From the NCBI GenBank assembly GCA_964016885.1, contig OZ024757.1, forward strand, positions 29,946,001-30,010,000: a stretch of DNA of 64,000 nt. The letters run 5' to 3'. This document shows positions 12,988-31,494 of this stretch, in pieces. A program made the translations under genes and the position numbers. The notes under the pieces were generated by a model, which had not been told where the DNA came from, did no database searches, and was given only the letters and a program-made list of their open reading frames with translations. Numbering within the stretch: the first letter of the stretch is position 1; every line of letters begins with the position of its first letter. The DNA is from Eledone cirrhosa (Eukaryota).

Positions 12988-15253
12988 GTTTCTTTATTAG
13001 CCATAGGGGCACAAAAGAAGGGGACAAATACAAAGGGGGAAGTTTACATACAATAAAAACGTGTAACATGTTATCACAAATGCAATTTAAAAAGTTAGTC
13101 GATTTTCCCCAATAGAGGGAGACAGTTTATATGGGTAACACATACCCCCGAAAAAATGTGCAACCCTCATCTCCAGGAGTACGAAGAGTTTGTACTCCCT
13201 TCCTCTCCTCCTCCTTTTCCTCAACCTACAGGCTGATATAGAGAGAAGGCCCATTCACTCGGGCCATTCTCGCCACTTTCACCCACCTTTCATAAAACTT
13301 GCTGGGGTATAGCACCTCTCTCTCCATCCTGATTCTTCTTCCAAAGTGGTATTTGAAAAAAAGAATCAGTTGTTGGCCGGAGAGAAAGGTGTCTGACCTC
13401 AGCCCTTTCAACCTTGTCCACCATACAACCTCTTTCGCCATAGCTATCACACAAAGGAAAACCGCCTCTCCTTCGTTTTTGAAGGAGGGTGGCGGTTTGA
13501 TCATGACAATGGACTCAGTGGTCAACCGGATTGGTCCCACCCGCGACAATAGTCGTTCTACATAGCCCCACAGGTCAGTGACGCCCGGGCAGGGTATGAA
13601 TGCGTCCGCGACGGTTTCTTCGTCTCGCACGCACCTCGGACAGATCTTTTTTGCAGGGTCCCTGCCCGGGCGCCCATGTCTGTAGAGCTTGTCTCGAACT
13701 GGTAGAGCTCCTCGGTAGCACTGCCAGGCCAGGGACTTTTGGAAGTTGTCCATCGGTCCCGGGCGGAAGGTCCTACCGAACAAACTGGCCAGTTCATCTT
13801 CCTCTACGCCTAGAGTTTCACCGAGCGCGTCGTCGCACTTGCTGCGGATCAACCCTCTATAGAATGACGAAGTGGAGTCTCCACTGATCGCCAGGTCCGC
13901 CTGCCAGAGGGCTGTGAGCGCCTGAACACATTCGATATGCCAGTCGCCCATTTTCCTCGGTCTTTGCTTGACCCAGGACTGCAGCTCGGTCAGTGAGACG
14001 AGTCGTGGGAAGGCTCGCCTCACGAACGGGGCCCACACCGGTTGTCCGGTGAGGAATACGTAGAGATACCGCAGCCTGAGCGCGTGTTTCCGCATCGTCA
14101 ACCACGGCATCCCCAGCCCTCCGTTAGAAGGGTGTTTGCAGCAGATGGATCTTCCACCAACGGAGCCCGCCTCTTCCAAAGGAATTGGAAGAGCGCGCGC
14201 TCCATTTTGGCGAGCGTTTTGGCTGGGCAAGGCACGACGGTCAAGCAGTAGTAGATGGCGGACGCTATAAAAGTGTTCGCCACCTCCGCTCGACCTTTCA
14301 AGGATAGTTTGCACTCGGCCCACTTCTGGGTGAGTGCAAACACCTTGGCCGTCACTATGTTCCAGTTCTTCTCCACCTGGAGGTCCGGACCAAACCAGAC
14401 CCCGAGCAGCTTTACCGGTCCTTCCGTCCAGTTTCCGACGATGCCATCGGAAGGCATCGGTTTGCCTCTCCACGATCCGAGTTGCAAACCGATGGACTTG
14501 TCCCGGTTCAGCTTCACTCCTGTGAAACTTTCGTATTCCTTCAGTAAGGTGCCGACTTCCTCGATTTGCGAGGCGCTCGACACCATTACTGTCACGTCGT
14601 CAGCGTAGGCCGACGCCGCTTTCCGCAGTCCCGGTTCCAGGGGGATTCCCTGCAATAGCTCCAACTTCCGCAGTAGTGGCTCGAGAGTCAGTACGTACAG
14701 AAGGGAGGAGAGAGGGCATCCCTATCAAATGGATCGCGTAATATGGAACGGCTCCGAGAGGTAGCCGTTCACCTTGACCCTTGAGCAGATGTTGCTGTTG
14801 TGCATTGCAGCAATCCAGCCCCTGAACACGGGTCCGAAGCCTGCCGCATCGAGCACCGCATCCAGGTAACGCTGGTCAACCCTATCGAAAGCCTTAGACT
14901 GATCCAAGTTGATCAGGGCCCCACCGAAGCCGGGTTTACACCCTACCCTCTCTATGATGTATCGCATGATGTGGAGGTTGTCGTGTATGAACCTGGTCGG
15001 GATTGCGCATGTCTGCGCTTCTCCTACCAGGTTCCCGACGACAAGCGCCAGCCCCTTTGCCAACACCTTGGCCAAAATCTGTAACTCTGTGTTTAGCAGG
15101 GTTATGTCATCCCCCTTATTCTCGTCCTTCCTGACTAGTGTGACTACGCCCCGGTCACAGAACTGGGAATTCTCCCGTTCTGTTGCCAGTTGCAGTAGAC
15201 CGCTTCTAGGAGACCGGAGAATAAGTCCGGCATTGCTACGTAAAATTCGTAGG
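12988..15253 (-). mobile_element. Tx1/L1-clade LINE, 5'-truncated and frameshifted ORF2 (RT + zf-RVT) with 3' UTR
   Basis: Motifs across several frames: YEFY..MPDLF, ITLLNTELQILAKVLA, QTCAIP.R.I.DN, DQSKAFDRVD, AYADDVT, LLGVWFG, LSLKGRA, GGLGMP, CPRC...ETV. Coding ends at 13226, followed by a 3' UTR with aataaa at about 12994-12999 (minus strand). Confidence 0.93.
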
Positions 15254-15461
15254 CTAGATAGATAGATAGATAGATAGGTCCACTTACACCAAACACACAT
15301 TCACATGTATGCGCATGCACAGGTGTATTTATAAGTATATGTATATGGAGATACATATATATAAGCCAAGAAGCAAAGGAAAAGGGAAATATCTTTGTGT
15401 TGAAATGCTAAAATATTTATATAAAACGCCATAATTTAGGAAACAATATATACATATACAG

Positions 15462-15575
<114 letters not shown>

Positions 15576-15739
15576 GCGTGTGTGTGTGTGTGTGTGTCAG
15601 TATATGTATGCATGTTATATACGTACGCATGTTATACATGCTTAGTATACTCAGTATGCACATTATAACATCTATAAAATATAAATCGTTTTACTATCAT
15701 TTCAAATGCCACCATCCCAACACAACCATGTATATACTA

Positions 15740-16510
15740 ATATATATATACATATATACATATATACATATATATACATATACATATATATACATATACA
15801 TATATATATATATACATATATATACATATACATATATACATATATACATATATACATATATACATATATATACATATATATATATATACATATATATATA
15901 TACATATATATATATACATATATATATATACATATATATATATACATATATATATATACATATATATATATACATATATATATATACATATATATATATA
16001 CATATATATATATACATATACATATATACATATACATATATATATATACATATATATATATACATATATATATATACATATACATATATACATATACATA
16101 TATACATATACATATATATATATACATATATATATATACATATATATATATACATATATATATACATATATATATATACATATACATATATATATATACA
16201 TATATATATATACATATATATATATACATATATATATATACATATACATATATATATATACATATATATATATACATATATATATATACATATACATATA
16301 TATATATACATATATATATATACATAGACATATATATATATATACATATATATATATACATATATATATATACATATATATATATATACATATACATATA
16401 TATATATATACATATACATATATATATATACATATACATATATATATATACATATACATATATACATATACATATATATATATACATATATACATATACA
16501 TATATATACA

Positions 16511-16544
<34 letters not shown>

Positions 16545-16724
16545 CATATATATACATATATATATACATAAATATATATATAAATATACATATAAATATA
16601 TATATACATATAAATATACATATAAATATATATATACATATAAATATATATATACATATAAATATACATATAAATATATATATACATATAAATATATATA
16701 TACATATATATATATACCATACAC

Positions 16725-16757
<33 letters not shown>

Positions 16758-16928
16758 CATACATATACATATACATATATATATACATGCATATACGTAT
16801 ATATATACATACATATACGTATATATATATACATGCATATACGTATATATATACATACATATACATATACATATATATACATGCATATACATATATATAT
16901 ATATACATATACATATATATACATATAC

Positions 16929-16975
<47 letters not shown>

Positions 16976-17088
16976 CATATATATACATATATATACATGC
17001 ATATACATATATATATATATACATATACATATATATACATATACATATATATATATATACATATACATATATATATATATACATATAC

Positions 17089-17120
<32 letters not shown>

Positions 17121-17242
17121 ATATACATATACATATATATATATACATATACATATACATATATATATATACATATACATATATATATATATACATATAC
17201 ATATATATATACATATACATATACATATATATATATATATAT
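15740..17242. repeat. 1.5 kb (AT)n/(ATAC) compound microsatellite
   Basis: Seen directly. Confidence 0.96.
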
Positions 17243-17948
17243 AAGCCATACCTGCATACAGGAGAGAAACCATTATCTGCATAATGGAATCTAAGGTCAT
17301 TAAAGTAGATGGCTAGCTGCCATTATCTACCCTGGGGATGTTATTAATGCATCTAAATTACTCTTATCACGTGACTAATATTGACTTTCATGTCAGTAGA
17401 GTTTGACAGGCTATACTCCAAATTGCTTTTGGAAAGTCGCTCCAATTCTGAAAAGCTAGTCCGTTTAATATGCACCGATTTCATGAAGCATAGCCTCACA
17501 CATTGAAAAGACATATCATTTTTTTATATATAAATTCTAAAATAAATGAAATAAACATTGCTTGCTTAAATGACACCCGGATATTCAGATGGGATCGCAG
17601 AATTGCTTTCATTATATTATATTTAAAATTTGCTATATCACGTCATTCTACTTATGTTGTTGTTTCATTTCCGAAAGAAAAATAAATCACGAATATATTA
17701 GAATATAAACAAAGATAAAAAGATGATGTATATCATGAAAAATGAAAAATGGCGTGCATCATTTCGTTTTTTGTTTATTCTTGAAATAATTTGATAATGA
17801 GCAGCACCTAGTAATATCTCTGTTACGTCTAAGGTTTCTTATATATTGTCTGTTGTTTCGATTTCTTTGGAACAGCTTGCGTCTTTCCCATGTCTGTAAG
17901 TATTTATGTGGATAAATTCGTGTGATTAAAAAAACTAATGATAATGGT

Positions 17949-18105
17949 GCAGACATGACTATGTGGTTAAGGAGTTTACTTCGCAGCCATTTTATTTTGA
18001 GGTTCAGGCACACTATATAGTACTTTTCTGAAGTGTTTTCTAGTTTTGCCTCTGATAAGCCAATATATGAGTAAAATTATTTGACACACGTACAGAAATA
18101 CTGTC
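17949..18105 (+). mobile_element. Degenerate tRNA-derived SINE of a second family (octopus OR-like)
   Basis: Head gcagacatgactatgtggttaaggagtttacttc...ggttcag is similar to the heads at 29668 and 33176. Confidence 0.55.
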
Positions 18106-18224
18106 AGAGAGGGAGAGAGGGAAAGAGAGACTGTGTGAAAGACAGATAGATATCGCCACAATAACTAACTCCACGCTTTACCGCCGATAATCCAAGTTTG
18201 TTGCCAACCGTTGTTGCCGGATTG

Positions 18225-18341
18225 CGTGTTCGTTACTCGATACACCGTTTGTGAACCAAGATGTTTTATGTTCAGGGAAAATTATTCGTGAACCGATTTG
18301 TTCGTGATGAGAGGCGTTCGCGAACCGAAGATCAAACTGTA
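18225..18341. mobile_element. pogo/Tigger-like DNA transposon end (one terminus only)
   Basis: Five variants of the subterminal motif gttcgtgaacc, ending in ...gttcgcgaaccgaagatcaaactg|ta, which resembles Tigger-type CAGT..CCTCG TIRs with a TA target. Confidence 0.55.
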
Positions 18342-18399
18342 TATTTTATTCTTTTTCTAGCTCTTGGTCAATTTTGTCCTTCGATCAATTTTGTCCTAG

Positions 18400-18485
18400 G
18401 ATCGATAAAATAAAATACCAGTTAAGAACTTGAATGGTACTTTATTTTATCGATCCCAGAAGAATGAAAGACAAAAATCGACCAT
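18400..18485. mobile_element. Two short SINE core fragments in inverted orientation
   Basis: gatcgataaaataaaatacca (18400-18420) versus tggtactttattttatcgatc (18435-18455). Confidence 0.65.
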
Positions 18486-18989
18486 AACGTAGCGGTTCGA
18501 CAAATAGATATCGATGAAATAATTAAAAAACTTTGAGTTCCAAATGGAGATTTTACCGTGTTCAACATCAGTCTTCCATACTTCTGAGATTCCATAGAAT
18601 AAGGATATGTAAGATAATGGCTTTAATTCAATTATTTCATAATTCTACAACTACAACGTGTTTGGTTTCCATGCTGAAGTTTAAAATCAATATTAATCAG
18701 TATAAATGCAGATAATAGGAAGTAATGTTATCCGAATTATTTTAATTTTGAAGAGAATTATTTATTTCATTGGGGAGTAATTATATAACGTAAAGGGAAG
18801 TATATATTTTACAAGTATCCCCCCTCCCCATTTATATCCTGTATGCGTTATTCATATATGCAAACATATTTGAACGTGCATTAATGTATTATTTTAGCAT
18901 AAATTTATCATTAAAAATCTCAAACCATTTATATTATCTGTAAGTGTATATAAATATATATATATATATTCTATTTATATTATCTGTAA

Positions 18990-19031
<42 letters not shown>

Positions 19032-19085
19032 TTACAAAATGAGAGGAAATAATAGACAAAAATATACCTATTTTTTTTCTTCTAA

Positions 19086-19110
19086 GTCCCGACTGCGCAG
19101 TTTCGCTGAT

Positions 19111-19112
<2 letters not shown>
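19086..19112 (-). ncRNA. 3' half of a minimal hammerhead, truncated by an (AT)n tract (family D)
   Basis: Minus strand cagc GAAA cugcgcag UC gggac: perfect palindromic stem III ACUGCGCAGU and a GUC triplet. The CUGANGA half is missing. Confidence 0.45.
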
Positions 19113-19157
<45 letters not shown>

Positions 19158-20019
19158 TATCCATACATATACATACATATATATTCATATAAATATACCT
19201 ATATTTATATGTGTAAGTGTGTGTGTGTTAATATTTTCAAAGGAGTGTTTTGTATCCGTTTAATTTATAGAGTAATCAAAGTTTTTCACTCGACGAATAT
19301 ATAATATATGTGAATAGATTATATATTTACTTCGGAAAATAAAACATATGTGTATGGGAGGGAAGGGTGTGGGTGTGTAGGTGTGTGTGTGTGTATGTAT
19401 GTATCTGGCGGTGAACTGGGTTAAGTGTAGGCTGATTTTGAGATGGTAGTGTTGTTTAGCATCTGATTAGCTGAAACTAGTCGAATTATGAAAGATGTCT
19501 CAACTTTATTTAAAACAACGTTATCCAATACATCTTCAAGGGAAAATGATTTGCTACTTCTAGCAGTTTAGGGATCGTTTAGAAGTTTCGTCGATGACGT
19601 GTATGTTTTTAGCTTACATTCTATGTGTTAGCTGATAATAAATGGTTATAGAAGCGATATAATTGTGACATAACGCTCTTCATATAAGCTTCTACTAGCA
19701 GAATGCCATCACAGTATGTTTCGTTATAAAACATTTTTATAAATCCGAAATTCTCAAAACAAAAAAAACTAACAGAAAAAGAGCCACATTATTTTCTCTA
19801 TCAAGCCATTTATCAAGGTATATATAGCCAGGCAATCTATTTGCTTTTCAAATATGTTGAAAAGAATTCAAGGAAACATTGACAATCTTCTGAATGGATG
19901 CTTAAAAAAATATCTTATGGTAAATTGTAGGGAAAATAGATGGCTTCCCCTGCATTAAACATTTTGTACTCAGAGCTGACAGATTACCAGCATGATTAAT
20001 CATCATTGCTCTCCTTTAA

Positions 20020-20185
20020 CGCGGAGAACTGGCAGAGTCAACCGGGCGTCGGACAGGATGCTTTGCGCTTTGCAGTGTGGTATTCGTACTGGCGGTTTTC
20101 TGCTGCATTCTGAGTTCAAATCCCACAGAGAAAAATGTTGCCATTCATTCGTTCGGTTAATAAATAAAATACCAATACAGTAATG
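20020..20185 (+). mobile_element. Degenerate tRNA-derived SINE
   Basis: ggagaactggcagagtc...gcgtcggac...ctgagttcaaatccc...taaaataccaat. Confidence 0.65.
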
Positions 20186-20829
20186 AGGTCGATTCTTCTC
20201 TCTCCCTCTCTTTATATATATATACGTGTGTGTGTGTATTCCAACGAGAGGAATCTAGAATATTTTTTCTCAGAGAGTTTCTCATACTCTGAAAAAACGA
20301 ATTTAAATCCCGAAATATTAGGACGAAAGCAACAACAGCAACAACCAAAAAAAAACAAAGTAAAGATTACCAGGTAACTTACTTTTTCGTTTCCTTCATC
20401 TTACAGACTAGTTTGCATTGTTTAGCCTTATATCACTTTCCACATTATATATATATATATATTTATATATATAGTGAACAAATTAAAAGGTTAGAAAATT
20501 AAAGGCTTCCTTACAAATCACGTTTTATAGGGAAATTGATAATTAAAATTTTGAAGATGCACCAAATGTATTTTTACCTACACATGCAAAATTACAGTAC
20601 ACAATGCAAGTAGATTAGTTCATACAAAATAGATTTTAGTTTGTTAGTTGTTTTGTTTTCTTTTTAACGTAAATGAGATAAATTTGCAGAAATAGCTATA
20701 ATTATCTAAATTGTTTTAGTATAAATTATATTTTTACAGGAGACTTTCAGGAGTAACGTGAAAATAATGTCTTGTTCAAGGACACAACGCGCCGCTCTGT
20801 CAGCTAAACCCTTTTCTTCTCCGCTCACT

Positions 20830-21420
20830 CACTCACTCGGAAAGACGTCGTCTAGTGTCCCACTCGGAGTTCGATTCCCAGTAGCACGTTGTCTTCTTAA
20901 GCAAGACACTGTATTTTCACACTTACCCGGTCGACTCACCTGGTAAAAAATAGTTGTATCTGTAATTCAAAGGATCAGCTTTGTTATACAGGCTGGTCCG
21001 AAAGTTTTGTCACCCCTTGTCACATATTGTTTTAACTTTTTTTTTTTTGTTTTAATAATATAATATATAATATCATTAATTATAATATATAATAATAATA
21101 ATAATAATACAATTTTCTATTTCAAAGCTCCTACAGTTTGGAAGAGAAGCTGCTTGCAAGTGTATGGGCACATGATCGTGTGCATTCTGGCAAGAGCATG
21201 GAGGATGTGCGACATGACTTCACTGCAAGATTCGGCAAGCCAACTCCTACGAAGAGGACGATACTGCGATGGAAACAAACTGTTTCTCATTACTTTTTGT
21301 TAGTGGGTGACAAGACTTTCGGACCACCCTGTACATACACTGTGTAACACTGAATTTGCTTGAGGACTACATTAAAAGTAAATGTGTATGTAGAATGTTC
21401 AGCCAAATGGAGGTTAATTT
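20830..21420 (+). mobile_element. tRNA-derived SINE of a third family, interrupted by a mariner-type insertion
   Basis: B-box ggagttcgattccc at about 20866 and core cttaagcaagacactgtatttt. The body appears to continue on the far side of the 20989-21331 insertion. Confidence 0.55.
20989..21331 (+). mobile_element. Tc1/mariner-superfamily internal-deletion derivative with a transposase N-terminal fragment
   Basis: 27-bp TIRs caggctggtccgaaagttttgtcaccc / gggtgacaagactttcggaccaccctg (2 mismatches) with TA on both sides (20987-88, 21332-33). The internal peptide EEKLLASVW...SMEDVRHDFTARFGKPTPTKRTILRW resembles the DUF4817-type HTH of mariner-like transposases. Confidence 0.88.
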
Positions 21421-21974
21421 CACAAACTGGCCGTTCCATTGTTCAAACAACAGACAACAGGAACACTCGCCGTCGGAACCGAAAGCAGTCTAACAATAAT
21501 AATAACAGCAACAAGAACGACAACAACATCAGCAACAGCGACATAGGTTGGCTTACTGGCTTACTAACATGTTTAGCGGTTCGCATTAATTACATTATTA
21601 TCTTGATTTAGTTTTCTAATGTGTCTTTTATAAATGGATACTTAAAAGGTTTCCCTAGTGAAATAGCTTCACAGTCGAGACTTTATCTATTAGGACGTGT
21701 GTTATCGCGATGCATGTTGAAATATTTCATGGTGCTTATGTGCACGTATCTTTTTCTTTCTATAACGATATACAGATGCGTTAGCATTGTGCAAATGGGG
21801 TTACTGCAGGTGTTATCGCCATTGTTGTATTTAAAATGTTTTCAACGTTAACTATAAGAGTTAATCTTAGCAATCAGCTACGTTTTATAGTTAAATTGCT
21901 TGTATTTGCGTGTTAAATTTAGGTGTATCTATATATATATATGTGTGTGTGTGTGTGCGTATAGACACATATGC

Positions 21975-26510
<4,536 letters not shown>

Positions 26511-26513
26511 ATA

Positions 26514-26650
26514 TTGTTATATTTGGAGAGGGTCCTATTTTTATAATATTGCCAGAAATAATAATAAAACACACTCGCTGTTTTAGGTTTGGATTGGTTT
26601 TCGCTTCTGTATCTTTTATATCTCCAGAGTTAATTTATATGGTAATCAAT
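26514..26650. mobile_element. Diverged relative of the family A element end
   Basis: attgttatatttggagagggtc...ttgccagaaat...aaacacactcgc resembles attgttatactttgggagggtcatgttgccaataagaaacacacgc (1311, 51117), again abutting (AT)n. Confidence 0.5.
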
Positions 26651-26844
26651 GTTTATATATATATATATATATTATGTTATATTTATATATATACAATGTA
26701 TTATATATATATATATTATGTATAATACATATATAATATATGTATAATATATTTATATATAATATATATTATATATATATACATTATATTTATATATATT
26801 ATATTATATATATAGAGAGAGAGAAACACCTCCGATGCGCATAC

Positions 26845-26892
<48 letters not shown>

Positions 26893-27404
26893 TTCTGTCT
26901 GCATGAATCTATAAGTGTTTCTGTATTTATACTTGTATACGCGAATCTACACGGATCAAAACAAGAGTGTGTACGTGTGTCTTTGTATGTTTATATTCAA
27001 AACACTGGAAGAAATGTATGAAACTGAACAGGAAACATATTAAAGTATTAAGGAAAAAATGAATAATTTATATGACAGACAAGAACAAAAGTACACACAT
27101 ACAACAACATACAAAAATACTGACTGGAGAGAAAAAACTAAACAGAAAAGAAATAGCTTCATAACTATATAGATGTTGGGAACTATCTTGACATAATCTT
27201 CACTTACAGTAATGGTGAATATCTCAACGTATATTGCACCATTAATGGAAATGATAACATCATAGTAACTGTTTAATAGCGGAATAGTGTTTTGTGCTAA
27301 TGGCTTCCATAATTAATCCCATACCTAAAGTGATGCATTATTAATATTTTTTATTAGTAGTAGTTGTTGTAGTAGTGTTGTTGTTATATTTATCAAAGGT
27401 AATG

Positions 27405-28072
27405 AATGGCTAATATGGTAAATCGTCAGAAAATATTTCTTGTATTATTTACTTGGGTAAAGGGCAGTATCGAGAGAGCGTCGGACGCCATGCTTTGCAG
27501 CAAAGAGTTACGGCCCTTTATGTTCTGAGTTCAAATTCTGCCGAGGTTAGCTTTGTCTTTCATCCTTACGAGGGTCGATAAAATAAAGTACCAGTGATGC
27601 ACTGGGGTTTATTTAATTATTCGTCCTATGCCTTTACTTGAGTAAAGGGAGGTGGATTGGCAGAATCGTTAGAGCGTCGGACTCCATGCTTCGCGGCCTA
27701 GGGTTATGGCTCTTTACGTTTTAAGATGAAATCCCGCCTTTCATCCTTACAGGTGCCTTTCATCCTTACAGGGTCGATTCGATTTAAATAAAGCACTAGT
27801 AAATGCACTGGGGTCGATTTAATCGACTTTCTTCTCTCCCCAAATGATTGGCCTTGCGCCGAAATCATAAACTATCAGAGCAGCGGATAGAAGGCTTTGT
27901 GGTATTTAGTTACGAATCTCTACGTTCTAAGTTCAAATCCTGCTGAGAGTAACTTTATCTTTCATCCTTTTATGGTCGACAAAATAAAGTATTAGTCAAT
28001 ACTGGTGACGGTGTATTCGACTTTCCACTGTCCACAAATTACTGGCCTTTTGCATAAATTAGAAACCATTAT
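27405..28072 (+). mobile_element. Tandem cluster of 3-4 tRNA-derived SINE copies
   Basis: Repeated heads (27461, 27648), B boxes (27528, 27930) and cores tttcatcctt...ggtcga..aaataaagta. Confidence 0.85.
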
Positions 28073-28135
28073 GTTTCGACCAATATTGCCTCTGGTTGTC
28101 TTCAGACGATAATTATTGATAATGCTTCCACTGGT
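28073..28135 (-). ncRNA. Hammerhead-like motif, family I copy 1 (3' side cut by a SINE tail)
   Basis: Minus strand CUGAAGA c aaccag-aggcaaua-uugguc GAAAC. Homologous to 61354-61416. Confidence 0.45.
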
Positions 28136-28708
28136 ATTTTTTCTTCTTTAAAGTATTTTTTTCTTTGATTAAATCTGTGAATTTTATAGTTATTTAATTA
28201 TTTTAAGTAATTTTTTTTTCTGTGTAATCTTCGTGTTGTTAAAATTTCTCAAGATTTTGAAGAATGCTTTTTTTCCTCCTTGATTTTACATAACTTCAAT
28301 TGCATGCTTTTTATAAGAATTTTGTAACTCGTTCATCGGAAGAATATGAATGGATCGTTATGGTAGCAAAACAAATTATTATCATCATTATTATTATTAA
28401 TATCATAAATGTTTAAAATCCTAACCTGTTATCGAACAATATCTTAAACCAAATAGTATTAACGTCATAGGTTTTTTTGCGCTTAATAATACTAATAGCC
28501 ATAGACTGCCTATAGTTATATCAATAAAATGATATGCACCACTACGCAAAGTTTCATAGATACTTTTTTATCATAGATTATTATTATTATTATTATTATT
28601 ATTTTCATCATCATTATTCACTATTATCAATTATTATTATCATCATCATTATCATTATTAATAAATAACTTTCAATATATATATATAATTCTCCTCCATT
28701 CATTCTGA

Positions 28709-28750
<42 letters not shown>

Positions 28751-28790
28751 TACACTTTTAAATGTATTGACTTCTCCTCCATTCATTCTG

Positions 28791-28839
<49 letters not shown>

Positions 28840-29234
28840 GTATATATATACATATATATATATATAATATATATATTATTTTTTTCAAAAACACTCCCAT
28901 CTTTACTCTACTTTATTGATTTCGTTAGCAAAAAAAAAAAGTTTTTCTTTGTAAAATAAATAAACACAAAACATCTCTCGCTAGCGGATGTAGAAATTTC
29001 TCATTTATTTTCCTGATAAGAGAAGAAATAATGGAATTAAGGTATACTAGTAATATTAATAGTAATAATAAATATTAAATCACTTTTTTAGTTTGCCTGA
29101 AACTTAGATCGATATTAAGTTCTAGTTTCCAAATTACATATATAGATAAACGTCTATGTGTTCGTGTGACTTTTTGTATGTGCGGGCGTGTGTATATTGC
29201 ATAGGAACGCTTTCTACTTCACTTATGTATTTGT

Positions 29235-29402
29235 AGAGGGCCGGAGGCCATGCATTGCAGCAAAGAGTTACGGCTATTTATGGTCTGAGTTCAAATCCCG
29301 CCGAGGTTAACTTTGCCTTTCATCCTTGCGGGGGGCGATAAAATAAAGTACCAGTAATGCACTGGAATAAGTGCTGGCCTTGTACCTAAAGTAGAAACAA
29401 TT
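29235..29402 (+). mobile_element. tRNA-derived SINE
   Basis: B box gagttcaaatccc plus the same core and tail as other copies. Confidence 0.87.
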
Positions 29403-29433
29403 ATGTATTTTAAATATGCTTCTGTATCAACAA

Positions 29434-29481
<48 letters not shown>

Positions 29482-29667
29482 CTGCTCTGTAGAACAACTG
29501 ATGTTATTACATTGAGCTATTTATCTTACTGGTAATAAGGTAGTAATAAATTACTGTCTTTCACTGTTTAGGGTTTAAAATATATAGAACTATAAAAGGT
29601 TTTACTGTATACATAACCATAAATAGTATCCTTAATACTATATATATATATATATATATATATACAC

Positions 29668-29722
29668 GCACAGGCATGGCTGTGTGAGTGAGGAGTTCGC
29701 TCTATAACGACATGGTTCTGAA
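29668..29722 (+). mobile_element. OR-like SINE head, truncated where the RTE element begins
   Basis: gcacaggcatggctgtgtgagtgaggagttcgctc...catggttc. Confidence 0.55.
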
Positions 29723-29723
29723 C

Positions 29724-31097
29724 ATTTGAAGCAAGGAGAAAGCCTTAGACTAGACAACATACCCTCAGAATTCATCAAAGTTGGAGGTGAACTACTTATC
29801 AAAGCACTTCAATATCTTTTTAACTGTATTATCAATACAGGAAAAGACCAGATGTTCCAGAAAGTTTTGATAGTTGTACTCTACAAAAAAGGTACCAGAC
29901 TTGATTGTGGGAAATATCGTCCTATCAGCCTACTGAGTCATGTTTACAAGCTTTTCATAAGTATCATTGCAGCACGAGTGAAGTCAGACTTTTACGCCTC
30001 ATTTTACACAAGCTGCGTATTAACCTGGAAGAGGTACCATTGAGCACATCCTAGCTATTGAGAAATCAATAGAATTCAACAACCCTTTACACATCACCTT
30101 CATTGACTTCACAAAAGCTTTTGACAGCATGAAACTACCCAGCTTGTGGCGACTCTTAAACAAAACCTCAATTAACAAGAAATACACCAACCTACTAAAC
30201 GAAACTTACACCAACTCAACAGCATATATCAAAACAGATCTGGGAATTACACGGTGTGTAGCCACATTGAAGGGAGTTAAGCAAGGAGATGTATTATCAG
30301 CATTTCTTTTCTGTATCGTTATAGCTGCACTTATCTACCAAACTGAAGAAGGAAGAATGTTACTCCAGCTATCAAATAGGTTAAATCCTATCAAATCTTA
30401 GCTATGCAGGTGATCTGGTCATCATGAGTTACTCTAGAACTGGAATGTACTGGCCAAACATACACTAGAGCTTAGCTTACACATTAATATCACCAAAAAC
30501 GACAACCATCAAATTGTTCAAGTTAAGGAGTTTGTATATATCTCGGTCACAAGCTAATATCAAACAACATCGCATCACTCTGGTTTGAGTAGCTTTCAAT
30601 GGGTACTCAAAACGAGTTTCTTATCATTTGAAGGCTAAGATCTTTAACATTTACATCCTACCGGTTGTATTACATGGTCATGATTGAGTTAATTGGACGA
30701 CAAGGTCACTTCAGAAGCTCTCTACATTCCAGAACCGCATCATGAGACTTATGACTGACAAACGACTCAGTGACCATATCTCTATCAATGAGCTACTCAA
30801 CATTACAAAGCTTAAACTAATCACACCAGTTATCAAGTCAAGAGTACTTAAACTGTACGGCCATAACGTATTGTCATATCAAAAGATCAACTCGTGTTCT
30901 CAGTAAGTTATACCTAGAAGGAAAGTTGGTCGGTAGGAGAAGCAAGGGTCGACAGCCAAAACGCTGACTTGATAATGTCAACTTATGGACAGCACTTGAT
31001 CTTTGCTCCTTAAACTCTGCTGTTGCTGATCGACCTTTGTTGAGAAGAATATCTCATGTTGATGCGCAGTCTGCAACAGGCGGAATGAGCGTCTAGG
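29724..31097 (+). mobile_element. Degraded RTE-clade LINE (second family), RT to 3' end
   Basis: DNIPSEFIKVGG, LYKKG.R.DC..YRPISLLSHVYKLF, FIDFTKAFDS, GVKQGDVLS, SYAGDL (decayed YADD), GRRSKGRQPKR. Multiple stops and frameshifts. Confidence 0.9.
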
Positions 31098-31351
31098 AAT
31101 ATATATATATATCTATTATTACTATACACGTTATCGAGTATGGCCATTGCACGATATAACATTATTAACAATTATCAATTAATGCTATCGTGCAATGCCT
31201 GTACGTGAAGAATGTGTTTAAAGTGGGGAAAGACTGTGCACTGAGCCAATCTCACTCTTTGAGAAAAGAAGAAAAGATCAACATCATCGGTAACTACTGA
31301 GCCGCATGTTTTATGTCGGAGTTATCCCAGTTTCCTGAGTGCCTTCTCCTA

Positions 31352-31394
<43 letters not shown>

Positions 31395-31494
31395 AAAAGT
31401 AAACAGAAATAACAAAGCAAATAACAAAGCAAATAACAAAGCACAATGAAGAAGTATATTAGTTTAATGCATGATATAGTAGGAAAAGAGAGTT

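Noticed and set aside
13299-15265. Plus-strand ORFs over the Tx1 element (and minus-strand ORFs over 42958-45198)
   Set aside because: Antisense shadows of GC-richer retrotransposon coding sequence.
17243-17272. C2H2 zinc-finger linker-like [10 protein letters not shown]
   Set aside because: Only the 18-bp linker catacaggagagaaacca is present, with no Cys/His finger on either side; at most a tiny remnant.
31222-31322. Possible very degraded CR1 RT fragment (ANLT...KRS...NY)
   Set aside because: It needs several frameshifts and is too short to support.
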